From Rikenellaceae bacterium (GTDB taxonomy: Bacteria > Bacteroidota > Bacteroidia > Bacteroidales > Rikenellaceae): DNA of 64,000 nucleotides. Both the position numbers and the translations under genes were made by a program. Shown piece after piece: positions 51,562-60,285 of the stretch. The stretch lies in assembly GCA_031550125.1 (NCBI GenBank), contig JAVBOW010000018.1:25572-89571 (forward strand), read 5' to 3'. How positions within the stretch are numbered: the stretch's first letter is position 1; every line of letters starts with the position of its first letter. A model generated the notes under the pieces. It saw only the letters and a program-made list of their open reading frames with translations. It was not told where the DNA came from and searched no databases.

Positions 51562-51662
51562 GCATGAATGGGCCTGAGTATACTTTATTTGGATCTATCT
51601 AAAAACAGCCGCAGAAAGCGTAATGAAGAAAAACTCTCGCCGCGGGATCGGGACAGCCCCCT

Positions 51663-52262
51663 TTATTTACAGCCGCAATCGTGTCCGGGAGTGCAGTCCC
51701 GGCTGAAGAAGGTCATGGGGCTTCCGCACAGCGGGCATTCGGCCGGAGGCGTCATGCCGTGGTGGGTGTGTCCGCATCTGCGGCAGCTCCATGTAGTATC
51801 TTCTTTGGCGGAGAAGAGGGTCTTTTTGCTCAACTCTTCGTGAAGCTTGGCGAATATGCCCTCCTGTATGCGGTTTATGCCCATTATGTGGTGAAAGAGC
51901 GTGGCTATATGTATAAAGCCCTCCTCTTCGGCCGTTTTGGCGTATTCAGGATACAGATCGGCCCATTTTTCGTGTTCCGTGATCGCGGCTTCTTTAAGGT
52001 TTACCGCGGTGCCGCCGAGCGTGGCGGCGGGGTAGGCCGCGGTGATCTCCACTTTACCCCCTTCGAGCAGGCTGTAGAGTATACGCGCGTGTTCGATCTT
52101 GTTCTTTACGGTGGCCTTGAAGATTCCGGCTATCATCGGATACTCCTCTTTTTTTGCTATCTTTACGAAGAATTTGTAGCGGCTTAGCGATTGAGCCTCC
52201 CCGGCGAAAGCTTTCATTATGTTCTTTTCCGTCTGAGAGCCTTTGATTGTTTTAGTTTTCAT
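51663..52262 (-). CDS. Rubrerythrin-like protein with degenerate di-iron site and Cys-rich tail
   Basis: 199 aa and colinear with the rbr at 439-1014. It keeps AGEAQ and the rubredoxin-like CRRCG...CPLCG. It reads KNKIEH, TEHEKW and INRIQEG where rbr has QEKEH, GENEEW and VEKEHER. It also carries an extra C-terminal SRDCTPGHDCGCK. Confidence 0.8.
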   Translation of the reverse strand: MKTKTIKGSQTEKNIMKAFAGEAQSLSRYKFFVKIAKKEEYPMIAGIFKATVKNKIEHARILYSLLEGGKVEITAAYPAATLGGTAVNLKEAAITEHEKWADLYPEYAKTAEEEGFIHIATLFHHIMGINRIQEGIFAKLHEELSKKTLFSAKEDTTWSCRRCGHTHHGMTPPAECPLCGSPMTFFSRDCTPGHDCGCK

Positions 52263-52352
52263 AATAGATTCAATTGAATAGTTGGTATAATATTTGGTAT
52301 ATATAGTTTTAAATAATTTATTTACTTTTATTAATTTAAAAACTTATCAGCC

Positions 52353-52949
52353 ATGACACTCGCAGTAACCATCTTCACCCTCCCCAAGTTGCTCTACTCG
52401 TTGGACGCCCTCGAACCCCAGATCAGCAGGGAGACAATGGACTACCATTACAACAAACATCTGCAGACATACGTAAACAACCTGAATAACCTTATCAAAG
52501 ACACTGAGTTCGAGGAATCGTCTCTGGATCAGATCGTTCTCCGCTCCACCGGCCCCATATTCAACAACGCCGCACAGATATGGAACCACGAGTTTTTCTT
52601 CAACACCCTGTCACCTACTCCAAAGAGCGTGCCAGAAGGCGCGCTGGCCAAAGCTATCGACAGGGATTTCGGCAGTTTCCAGAATCTTAAGGACGCTATA
52701 ACCAAAGCCGCCCTGGGCCAATTCGGGTCTGGATGGGCCTGGCTGTCGAAAGACAAAGACGGGAAATTGGTGGTATCGGCCGAGTCCAACGCGGGCAATC
52801 CCCTTGTCAAGGGCCTGACGCCTCTGCTCAACCTCGACGTGTGGGAACACGCCTATTATATAGACTACCGCAACCGCCGGGCCGATTATGTGGCCGGGGC
52901 ATTGGACAGGATAGACTGGAAAACCGTCGAGGAGCGTTACTCGAAATAG
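52353..52949 (+). CDS. sodB: Fe/Mn superoxide dismutase
   Basis: 198 aa. Contains LPKLLYSLDALEP, HYNKHLQTYV and DVWEHAYY. Confidence 0.93.
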   Translation: MTLAVTIFTLPKLLYSLDALEPQISRETMDYHYNKHLQTYVNNLNNLIKDTEFEESSLDQIVLRSTGPIFNNAAQIWNHEFFFNTLSPTPKSVPEGALAKAIDRDFGSFQNLKDAITKAALGQFGSGWAWLSKDKDGKLVVSAESNAGNPLVKGLTPLLNLDVWEHAYYIDYRNRRADYVAGALDRIDWKTVEERYSK

Positions 52950-52970
52950 GCAATATAGGCCAATTCATGG

Positions 52971-53007
52971 AGGGCTGCGCCGTAGAACCGGCGCAGCCCT
53001 CTTTTTA
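52971..53007 (+). terminator. Intrinsic terminator after sodB
   Basis: Perfect 12-bp stem AGGGCTGCGCCG (52971-52982) / CGGCGCAGCCCT (52989-53000), followed by CTTTTT. Confidence 0.7.
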
Positions 53008-53045
53008 TGGCGGCCGCAGGGGCTGTTAAAAAAATCACAATAAAT

Positions 53046-53076
53046 TTTGCTCTCGCGAATAAAAGCGTTACTTTTG
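53046..53076 (+). promoter_or_regulatory. Bacteroidetes-type promoter for gcvH-mdh
   Basis: TTTG at 53046-53049 and TACTTTTG at 53069-53076, separated by 19 nt, 30 nt upstream of the gcvH ATG. Confidence 0.6.
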
Positions 53077-53105
53077 GCATCGGGAAACTTAAAACATACC
53101 ATATC

Positions 53106-53483
53106 ATGAACATTCCGGCATCGTTACGCTACTCCAAAGACCACGAATGGCTGCGCCTCGAAGGCGATACCGCCGTGGTGGGGATCACCGATTACGCCCA
53201 GAGCCAGTTGGGCGACATAGTCTTCCTCGACATTCCCTCGTTGGGCGAGAATCTCGCGCAGCACGCCGTATTCGGCTCCATAGAGGCCGTCAAGACGGTT
53301 TCGGACGCATTTCTGCCCGTGGCCGGCGAAATAGTTGAATTCAACGACAAGCTCAACGACAATCCCGCGCTGGTCAACACCGATCCTTACGGAGAAGGAT
53401 GGATAATAAAGGTAAAGGTTGCCGACCCGTCTCAGGTCGCCGGCCTGCTCACCGCAGAAGAGTACTCTAAAATAATAGCATAA
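53106..53483 (+). CDS. gcvH: Glycine cleavage system H protein
   Basis: Starts MNIPASLRYSKDHEWL. Lipoyl-lysine context IEAVKTVSD. 125 aa. Its TAA overlaps the mdh ATG (TAATG). Confidence 0.92.
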   Translation: MNIPASLRYSKDHEWLRLEGDTAVVGITDYAQSQLGDIVFLDIPSLGENLAQHAVFGSIEAVKTVSDAFLPVAGEIVEFNDKLNDNPALVNTDPYGEGWIIKVKVADPSQVAGLLTAEEYSKIIA

Positions 53484-54424
53484 TGGCAAAAGTAACAGTA
53501 GTTGGCGCGGGAAACGTAGGCGCCACATGCGCCAACGTATTGGCGATGAATGAAATCGCCGACCAGCTGGTGCTGATCGACATTAAAGAGGGTTTCGCTG
53601 AAGGCAAAATCCTCGACATCTTCCAAACTGCAGGTCTCCTGGGCTTCGACACCAATATGACCGGCGTCACGGGCGATTACTCCAAAACCGCAGGCTCGGA
53701 CGTGGTGGTGATAACCTCCGGCGTTCCGCGCAAGCCGGGCATGACCCGCGAGGAGCTTATAGGCGTCAACGCAGGCATAGTCAAGTCCGTGGTTGCCGAA
53801 ATCGTGAAGTATTCGCCCAACGCCATCGTGATCATCGTCAGCAATCCGATGGATACCATGACCTACCTTGCAGCCAAAACCAGCGGCCTGCCCACTAACC
53901 GTATCTTCGGCATGGGCGGAGCGCTCGACAGCGCACGTTTCCGCTGCTACCTGAGCAAAGCCCTCGACGCCAACAGCAACGAACTGGAAACGATGGTCGT
54001 CGGCGGACACGGAGATACGACCATGGTCCCCCTCACCTCGCTGGCCACATACAAAGGCGTGCCTGTAAAAAAACTGCTCAAAACGGAAGAACTCGAAAAA
54101 GTAGTTAAGGACACGATGGTGGGAGGAGCCACGCTCACAGCCCTGCTCGGTACGTCGGCTTGGTACGCCCCCGGCGCAGCGGCCGCCTACGTGGTGGAAT
54201 CCATCCTGCGCGACCAGAAAAAAGTCATCCCCTCATGCGTGATGCTCGACGGCCAGTACGGTCAGAAAGACATCTGCATAGGCGTTCCCGCCGTAATAGG
54301 CCGCAACGGAGTGGAAAAAGTCCTCGAAATGGAATTTTCCGCCGAGGAGAAAGCCCTCTTCGACAAGAGTGCCGATGCCGTACGCGCAACGAACGCCGTC
54401 CTCAAGGAGATAGGCGCGTTGTAA
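53483..54424 (+). CDS. mdh: Malate dehydrogenase (LDH-like type)
   Basis: 313 aa. Contains VVGAGNVG, and GVPRKPGMTREEL with Arg at the substrate-specificity position. Confidence 0.93.
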   Translation: MAKVTVVGAGNVGATCANVLAMNEIADQLVLIDIKEGFAEGKILDIFQTAGLLGFDTNMTGVTGDYSKTAGSDVVVITSGVPRKPGMTREELIGVNAGIVKSVVAEIVKYSPNAIVIIVSNPMDTMTYLAAKTSGLPTNRIFGMGGALDSARFRCYLSKALDANSNELETMVVGGHGDTTMVPLTSLATYKGVPVKKLLKTEELEKVVKDTMVGGATLTALLGTSAWYAPGAAAAYVVESILRDQKKVIPSCVMLDGQYGQKDICIGVPAVIGRNGVEKVLEMEFSAEEKALFDKSADAVRATNAVLKEIGAL

Positions 54425-54446
54425 ACCGCATACTTAAAAATTGCAG

Positions 54447-54480
54447 AACACCCCGGCAACCATCGGTTGCCGGGGTGTTT
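54447..54480. terminator. Hairpin terminator between convergent mdh and the DUF4476-like gene
   Basis: Perfect 15-bp stem AACACCCCGGCAACC (54447-54461) / GGTTGCCGGGGTGTT (54465-54479). Confidence 0.65.
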
Positions 54481-54537
54481 AACTATCAGGTCAGCTAACT
54501 GCAGATAGTTCATTGACTATATGCATAATAACAGGCA

Positions 54538-55299
54538 TCACCTCAATATTTCATACAGCTTGTCTTTGGAACTCTGGAACGTAAAGCAGCCGGCCAAAGT
54601 GTGTGCGTTACGCATATCGGTTATGCGGCCCCGTAATATGGCCACGCACTTCAGTTTGTTGTCTTCAAAACTAAAGCAGTTCAACATTGAGGCCACCTGC
54701 GCCGTGGTGAACATATTGTAGGCCGCCGCCATATCCACGGTTTTCAGTTTATCGTCGTCGAAAGCTGTGCGTTTCATATCCGACAGCAGGCGGCTGAAAT
54801 CGGCGTCGCGCATAGCCTGGCCGCGTTCCGATTCGCCGTAAGGATTGCGTCCGCGGCCATCCCCCCTCTCGTCGCGATCATATCCGCCGCGGCGATCGTC
54901 GTGATCTCTGCCGGGAAAACGTCCGGCGTCCACGGCCAACATGACGCTGTTGCGGTCGGCGGTGTAAGACACCCTCGAGCGGCCGTAAGGATCTACCGAC
55001 ACGATTACCCTCTGCGACGGCCTGACGGTAATGCGCCCGTTGTAATATTCTCCGCCCCCGGGTCTGGCGTGATGCGCGGCGATGCGCAGCACATACTCTC
55101 CGGGAATGAGGTTGGAAAGCAGCAGATCGCCTTGGATATGCTCATCGAAACTTTGAAAACCAGTAAGCTCTACGCATAGCTGATCGCGGCTTTGGTTCGA
55201 TACCTGCAGGCTGCCCGACATAAGCGGCCCCTGTCCGTACAGTGCCGTCGCCGTACAGAATACGGACATTAAAACGGCCAACAACATGGTTTTCTTCAT
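54538..55299 (-). CDS. Secreted DUF4476-like protein with Arg/Gly/Asp-rich linker
   Basis: The ATG at 55299 gives the signal peptide MKKTMLLAVLMSVFCTATALYGQ. A low-complexity linker DHDDRRGGYDRDERGDGRGRNPYGESERG sits mid-protein. The C-terminal block FDDDKLKTV...FSFEDNKLK resembles DUF4476. Confidence 0.55.
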   Translation of the reverse strand: MKKTMLLAVLMSVFCTATALYGQGPLMSGSLQVSNQSRDQLCVELTGFQSFDEHIQGDLLLSNLIPGEYVLRIAAHHARPGGGEYYNGRITVRPSQRVIVSVDPYGRSRVSYTADRNSVMLAVDAGRFPGRDHDDRRGGYDRDERGDGRGRNPYGESERGQAMRDADFSRLLSDMKRTAFDDDKLKTVDMAAAYNMFTTAQVASMLNCFSFEDNKLKCVAILRGRITDMRNAHTLAGCFTFQSSKDKLYEILR

Positions 55300-55315
55300 A
55301 TGCGAAAGTGTTTGG

Positions 55316-56911
55316 TTATCCGATATATTTCGCGGCGAAACCCTCCACCCAGCGGTTGGCGGTGGAATACTCCCATCCGTCACCCTTGTAAAGCGTCACG
55401 GTGGGATTGGCCGGCTGCATTTTGGCCAACATTGCGTAATATCTTCGTTTGAACAGCTTGCCGCGCAGGTATGTAGGCAGCGAACACGGCGTAAGGGGAC
55501 GCATCGGTGCGAAGTTGGTCGTAAGCAGCCTGCTCACCTTCGGGTTCACCTTCCTCATTATTCCTTTAGGTATCAGATAGAAATTACCCAACCTGTCCAT
55601 CAGCCGGTCGAAACGGTAAGGTATCTGCAACCCCGCCTCTATTATGGGGAAAGTGGGGAATATCTCGAATTGATTGCCGTTTATGGCGAACGAACGCACC
55701 AGCGGCGAGGCGAAATAGGCCGTGTTTATCAGCTTGAATATCCTCACCAGGTCTTTCCCGTCCGGCCTGGCAAGGACGTAATGTTGCTCTATGTAATTGA
55801 ATTCGTCGCGGAAAGCCTGCTCCAGCCGTTCGAAGTGACGTTTGTCGGCCCGTATATTATTTTTCGCCCTGTCCATCAAATCGGTTATATGTTCGCCGGG
55901 GTTGTTAGCCGCGAATGACGAATACAGCTCCGTACCGAAAGTCCCGCCGAAACCCAGGCGGTAATCGCCGGTGCTGCGGAAAAGGCTTGCCATTATGCTG
56001 TTCTCCCTGGGGCTGAGCGAGTCTGTGGCCATGTAAAACCATTCTACGTCCGAAGGTTCGGTCCGGTATACTTTCAGAGGCAGGCCGATAGTCCTGGCGG
56101 CTTTCTCCGCCATGTCATAATCGAGGAAAGGGACGCCTTTGTTGACGCATATCCGAAGGGTTACGTCGGAATAATACTCCTTTACCAGCGACGAAACGAA
56201 ACGGCTGTCAAACCCACCCGTTATGGTGGATTGCACTTTCGCATCTTTCATCTCAGGGTGGCGCATGTAAGTGTGCAGCAGCGCGAGGGTCTTCTCCCTG
56301 AGCGCCCTTACGTCAGGATTCTTCCGGTTGTCGAACTCTATCTTAAAGTCGCACAGTTCTATGCAGCCCGTCGCGGCGTCCACCGCCAGATATTCGCACG
56401 CGCGCAACCTGCACACGCGCCTGTTCACCGTGGTGTTGCCCAGCCATGCGGGATAGGCGCTGTATTTCATGGCTATGAATTCGAACTGCTTGTAAGGATC
56501 CGTATCCATGCCGGCCATAAGGCACGCAGCGTCGAAGGACGACGACGCCACCTTCCGTTCAACCGAGTAGAATATGCCTCCCACCTGCATAAAATCGGAA
56601 AACATATAAAGCGTCCCGCCTTTACGAACAAGGACGATATATTGACCCAGCAGCTCTTTTTTTATGCGCGGGACAGCCTCTCCGGAAAAGTCGCGCAGCA
56701 CGCCGGCCATATATTCCTCCGTTTTCATGCCGTGGCAAAACGCGTAGCCCAGCAGCGTCATGCTGTCGTCGCCGGATTGCACCCTGATGACGGTGCCGTC
56801 GTTGTGATAGACGCTCAGAGCGTCCGATATATCGAGCCGCCCGGCGTAGAGCTTTTCATATTTAGGGAATGCAATGTTTTGTTTATCAAAGCTATAATTA
56901 AAATCGGCCAT
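55316..56911 (-). CDS. Asparagine synthetase-like PP-loop ATP pyrophosphatase lacking the N-terminal glutaminase cysteine
   Basis: The ATG at 56911 gives MADFNYSFDK, with no Cys2. PP-loop STITGGFDSR sits mid-protein. 531 aa. The upstream part of the track ORF was trimmed. Confidence 0.65.
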   Translation of the reverse strand: MADFNYSFDKQNIAFPKYEKLYAGRLDISDALSVYHNDGTVIRVQSGDDSMTLLGYAFCHGMKTEEYMAGVLRDFSGEAVPRIKKELLGQYIVLVRKGGTLYMFSDFMQVGGIFYSVERKVASSSFDAACLMAGMDTDPYKQFEFIAMKYSAYPAWLGNTTVNRRVCRLRACEYLAVDAATGCIELCDFKIEFDNRKNPDVRALREKTLALLHTYMRHPEMKDAKVQSTITGGFDSRFVSSLVKEYYSDVTLRICVNKGVPFLDYDMAEKAARTIGLPLKVYRTEPSDVEWFYMATDSLSPRENSIMASLFRSTGDYRLGFGGTFGTELYSSFAANNPGEHITDLMDRAKNNIRADKRHFERLEQAFRDEFNYIEQHYVLARPDGKDLVRIFKLINTAYFASPLVRSFAINGNQFEIFPTFPIIEAGLQIPYRFDRLMDRLGNFYLIPKGIMRKVNPKVSRLLTTNFAPMRPLTPCSLPTYLRGKLFKRRYYAMLAKMQPANPTVTLYKGDGWEYSTANRWVEGFAAKYIG

Positions 56912-57034
56912 ATTCTCGTTTTTTTCCGCGCAAAATATATAAATTACACAAAGATAAATTATCTTTTCATTAAATCGCCACGGGAGACATTGTAATACGG
57001 CAAAAACAGCCATCTTTGCAGTAAATTCTTTACG

Positions 57035-58093
57035 ATGAAACCTGTTTACGCTCTATCAATTTGTTTAGTTTCATTTTTTTGCGCCGCCGCTCCGTGTGCG
57101 GCTCAGAAACCCGACAGCGCGGCCGTTGAGCTGCCCGAGCTTAAAGTGACCGCCAAATTCGACGGTACGATAAAGACCAAACTCGAAGCCTGCACCGAAG
57201 ACGGGATGATGCGTTTTAACGTACGCAACTCGCGTATAGGCGTGCGCGGGACCGTAGGCGACTATGTGGCCTACCGCATACAGGTGGAGCTGAGCGCCGA
57301 GGGTAATTTCTCACCCCTCGACCTCTTCGGTACGATAACCCCGCTGAAGGGGCTTTCCATAGATTTCGGACAAACCAGCGTGCCTTTCGAGAACAACTAT
57401 ATCATAACTCCTTCGGAAATGCTCTTCGCCAACCGGGCCTTTATAGGCAAGTTTTTTACGCCCGGTTCGCGCGACATAGGCATGGTGGCCAGATACGCTT
57501 TCCGCATCGGTTCGTTTCCCATGGAGGGGCAGGCCGGCATATTCAACGGAGGCAAGATAAACAATCCGCAATGGACGGACAACCCCTCATGGGCCGTAAG
57601 GCTGATAGCCGGCAATATGGAGGGATGGCGTTCGTCCGTCAAGGCGTACAGCTATCACAGGCAGGCGTCGGCCTCCGCCGCGGCGCTCCATCAATTTTTT
57701 CTGGGAGCCGACATACGTTACGCCGCAAAAGAATATAAGATAGAGGCGGAGGTAATGAACCGCCATCCGCAGGGCGGCGGCAACGACCTGCTGGGAGCTT
57801 ACGTGCAGGGCGCTTACGCATTTCCCCTGCATGGAGGCAAAATATTCCACAGCGTGGCCCCGGCCCTGCGCTGGGATGCGATGGGATATCCGTCGGACGG
57901 ATCGGTGTTCGACGTAAACCGCATTACGGCGGGGGTGGATTTCGGCCTGTCGCGCAAGCCGTTCGGCTCGGTACTCAGGCTTGATTACGAACATTACTTC
58001 CTGCGCGACGGGGTAGACCCGCTCTATTTCCAGGACCGCGACATCCATGTGGCCGACAACAAGCTCACGCTGGAGCTGGTCGTCAAATTCTGA
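57035..58093 (+). CDS. Outer-membrane porin (OprO/OprP-like phosphate-selective porin family)
   Basis: Has a signal peptide. FNVRNSRIGVRG near the N-terminus and a C-terminal LELVVKF barrel terminus. The family is recalled from memory, not searched. Confidence 0.6.
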   Translation: MKPVYALSICLVSFFCAAAPCAAQKPDSAAVELPELKVTAKFDGTIKTKLEACTEDGMMRFNVRNSRIGVRGTVGDYVAYRIQVELSAEGNFSPLDLFGTITPLKGLSIDFGQTSVPFENNYIITPSEMLFANRAFIGKFFTPGSRDIGMVARYAFRIGSFPMEGQAGIFNGGKINNPQWTDNPSWAVRLIAGNMEGWRSSVKAYSYHRQASASAAALHQFFLGADIRYAAKEYKIEAEVMNRHPQGGGNDLLGAYVQGAYAFPLHGGKIFHSVAPALRWDAMGYPSDGSVFDVNRITAGVDFGLSRKPFGSVLRLDYEHYFLRDGVDPLYFQDRDIHVADNKLTLELVVKF

Positions 58094-58105
58094 CCTTACG
58101 GCGTA

Positions 58106-59800
58106 CTAACGCGCGAAACGCCCGCTCCAGGTAGTCGTATTACCTTTATTGTCCGTAACTTCGAGCGTTACGGCATGCCCGCCTGCCGCAATGGCCTGCG
58201 GCGCTTTGCCGAAATAGTGGGTCAGGACGCCTTTCATCATGTCGTATTCCATCAAAACCCAAACGCCGTCCATAGTCCCCCTGTATGATTTGACGCCGGA
58301 CAAACCATCGCGTACCTTAAACGACACCTCATTACGTCCGGCGAGCGATGCGCCGGACTTGAAGAGCGGCGTCACTGAAGGGGGCAGGGTGTCGGCTACG
58401 ATGCAATAACCGCCGAAATTGCGTACCCTTGCGGCCACCCGCGCAGGCAACGCCCCGGCAGCTTCCGCATAATAGCCGCCGGCATACGAAAGCCCGCCGT
58501 CCGTCGAAACCCTGGCCAGGCACGCTTTATCGCGCAGGCGTTGCGGCAGGTCGGCCTTTATCCACACTGTTATGTAATCGTGCAGCGGCACATCGGCGTT
58601 CATGAACGTGTGGACGACGGAAAATGCGCCGCGAGGGGCGTTAGTTCCTGCATTCTGGGTGTAGAACGCCGGTTCGTACAGCACGCCGGCAGACATGTCC
58701 GTTCCAGCCTCGCCGCCTGAATAGACGAACGGCCTGCCGCAGCTCACAACCGGAGCGCCGGGGGGAATTGTCGCCGCGTAAACGGGATCGTCGGTACGGC
58801 GGACGGAGAATTCGGTCCTCGAGATATTGCCCGCCTCGTCCTGCAGTTCTATGGTCACGGTATGGGGCAGGGTGTCGGCCAGGAGCAACGCGCCGCGGTT
58901 GCGGACATTATGGTAGAACGGCATTTTGTTGCCTTCCATAACCGCCATGCGTATCATTTCGTTGGGTGTGGCGCGGTTGAGCGCGTAATGCGCCACGGCG
59001 TTCACGTAACGCCCGTCGGAAAACAGGAAGCGGTCGCGCCGTATCTCTATGGTCATACCTCCGTCGACATACTGCGCTATGCGGTAAACCCCCATACGGT
59101 TGGCCGTACCGTCCTGCCTGTCGATGGCTTCCGCGACAAAATACCCGCATCCGGCAACCGCTACAGGTCCATCCCAGGCGCGCCATGCGATCTCCCGCGG
59201 AAGAGAGTTTACCGGCACGCCGCACAATGTATCCACGCGTACGTAATACAGCCGGAATAATTCAGGAACCCGGGTATCCTTAATCTTGACGAAACCTTTG
59301 ACAAGAGGGTTCAGTATGGCCTGCGACGTACTCTCCCTTACTTCGAAATGGAGATGCGGCCCCGCGGACGATCCGGTATTTCCCGAATAGCCTATCAACT
59401 CTCCTCGCCTGAATTTGAAGCGCCCCGCCGGAGGCGTTATATCCGCCTTATCGCTCTTCAACGCGTAGCGTCTCTCGTTGAGGAACTTCTCCATCGACGG
59501 TTCGAAAGCGCCGAGATGGGCGTAAACCGTAGTTTTTCCATCGGCATGCTCCATATAGAGCGCGTGTCCGTAACCTTCCGGGTTAACCACCATACGCGTC
59601 ACAACGCCGTCGGCCGCAGCCGTTACGGGTATGCCCTCCCGGTTGTCCGTCTTGAAATCGAGTCCGGCATGGAAATGACCGGACCGCATCTCGGCAAAAT
59701 TGCCTGCAAGCACCGGCACGATATTCATAGGCCGCATGTGGTCCTGCGCCAAACCCGGGACGGGCAGCATCAAAAGCAATATGATACGTGGTATTTTCAA
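58106..59800 (-). CDS. M23-family metallopeptidase, secreted
   Basis: HFHAGLDF and GPHLHFEV zinc motifs. Signal peptide KIPRIILLLMLPVPGLAQ. The only start compatible with the signal peptide is TTG at 59800, overlapping the recX stop (TTGA). Confidence 0.8.
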   Translation of the reverse strand: MKIPRIILLLMLPVPGLAQDHMRPMNIVPVLAGNFAEMRSGHFHAGLDFKTDNREGIPVTAAADGVVTRMVVNPEGYGHALYMEHADGKTTVYAHLGAFEPSMEKFLNERRYALKSDKADITPPAGRFKFRRGELIGYSGNTGSSAGPHLHFEVRESTSQAILNPLVKGFVKIKDTRVPELFRLYYVRVDTLCGVPVNSLPREIAWRAWDGPVAVAGCGYFVAEAIDRQDGTANRMGVYRIAQYVDGGMTIEIRRDRFLFSDGRYVNAVAHYALNRATPNEMIRMAVMEGNKMPFYHNVRNRGALLLADTLPHTVTIELQDEAGNISRTEFSVRRTDDPVYAATIPPGAPVVSCGRPFVYSGGEAGTDMSAGVLYEPAFYTQNAGTNAPRGAFSVVHTFMNADVPLHDYITVWIKADLPQRLRDKACLARVSTDGGLSYAGGYYAEAAGALPARVAARVRNFGGYCIVADTLPPSVTPLFKSGASLAGRNEVSFKVRDGLSGVKSYRGTMDGVWVLMEYDMMKGVLTHYFGKAPQAIAAGGHAVTLEVTDNKGNTTTWSGRFAR

Positions 59801-60285
59801 TGGTCTTCTTCCGTGGTTTTCACTAATTTCTCTACCTCTGGCAGCAAAATATCGTATTCGAATCCGCGCGAGAGGCCGAAACGCACCAACTTGGCGCGCA
59901 TATCGTAAGGCGTAGAGGCGCGGACGGAGCGCATTTTCGAACGGAGCAGTTCCTCCAGTTTCTCCCTCGACTTTTCGGGCCGGATCTGCTGCATGGCGCG
60001 CAGGGCCGTTTCGCCCTGGATGCCCTTGGCGGCCAACCCTGCGCGTATCTTGTAGGCGCCCCAGCCGTTGAGGTTGGATTTTTCGCGCACGTAGGCCCCG
60101 GCATAACGTTCGTCGTCTATGAAACGGGCGGATATGAGCTTTTTCAGCACCTCCTGCCGCGCAGCCTCATCCACTCCCCAGCGCGCCATAAGGCGCATGG
60201 CGTCGCCGCTCGACCTCTCGGCCTTGGCACACAGAGTCATAAGACTCTGCAGGGCTTGTTCAGGGGTTTTTACGTTTTTTTGCAT
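59797..60285 (-). CDS. recX: Recombination regulator RecX
   Basis: The ATG at 60285 gives MQKNVKTPEQALQSL. Helical repeats with FIDDERYAGAYVREK. 162 aa. Confidence 0.75.
   Translation of the reverse strand: MQKNVKTPEQALQSLMTLCAKAERSSGDAMRLMARWGVDEAARQEVLKKLISARFIDDERYAGAYVREKSNLNGWGAYKIRAGLAAKGIQGETALRAMQQIRPEKSREKLEELLRSKMRSVRASTPYDMRAKLVRFGLSRGFEYDILLPEVEKLVKTTEEDH

Noticed and set aside
55316-56911. The AsnB-like gene as a lasso-peptide cyclase cluster.
   Set aside because: No transglutaminase-like leader protease, RRE protein or short precursor ORF is visible on either side. It is retained only as an orphan-enzyme finding.
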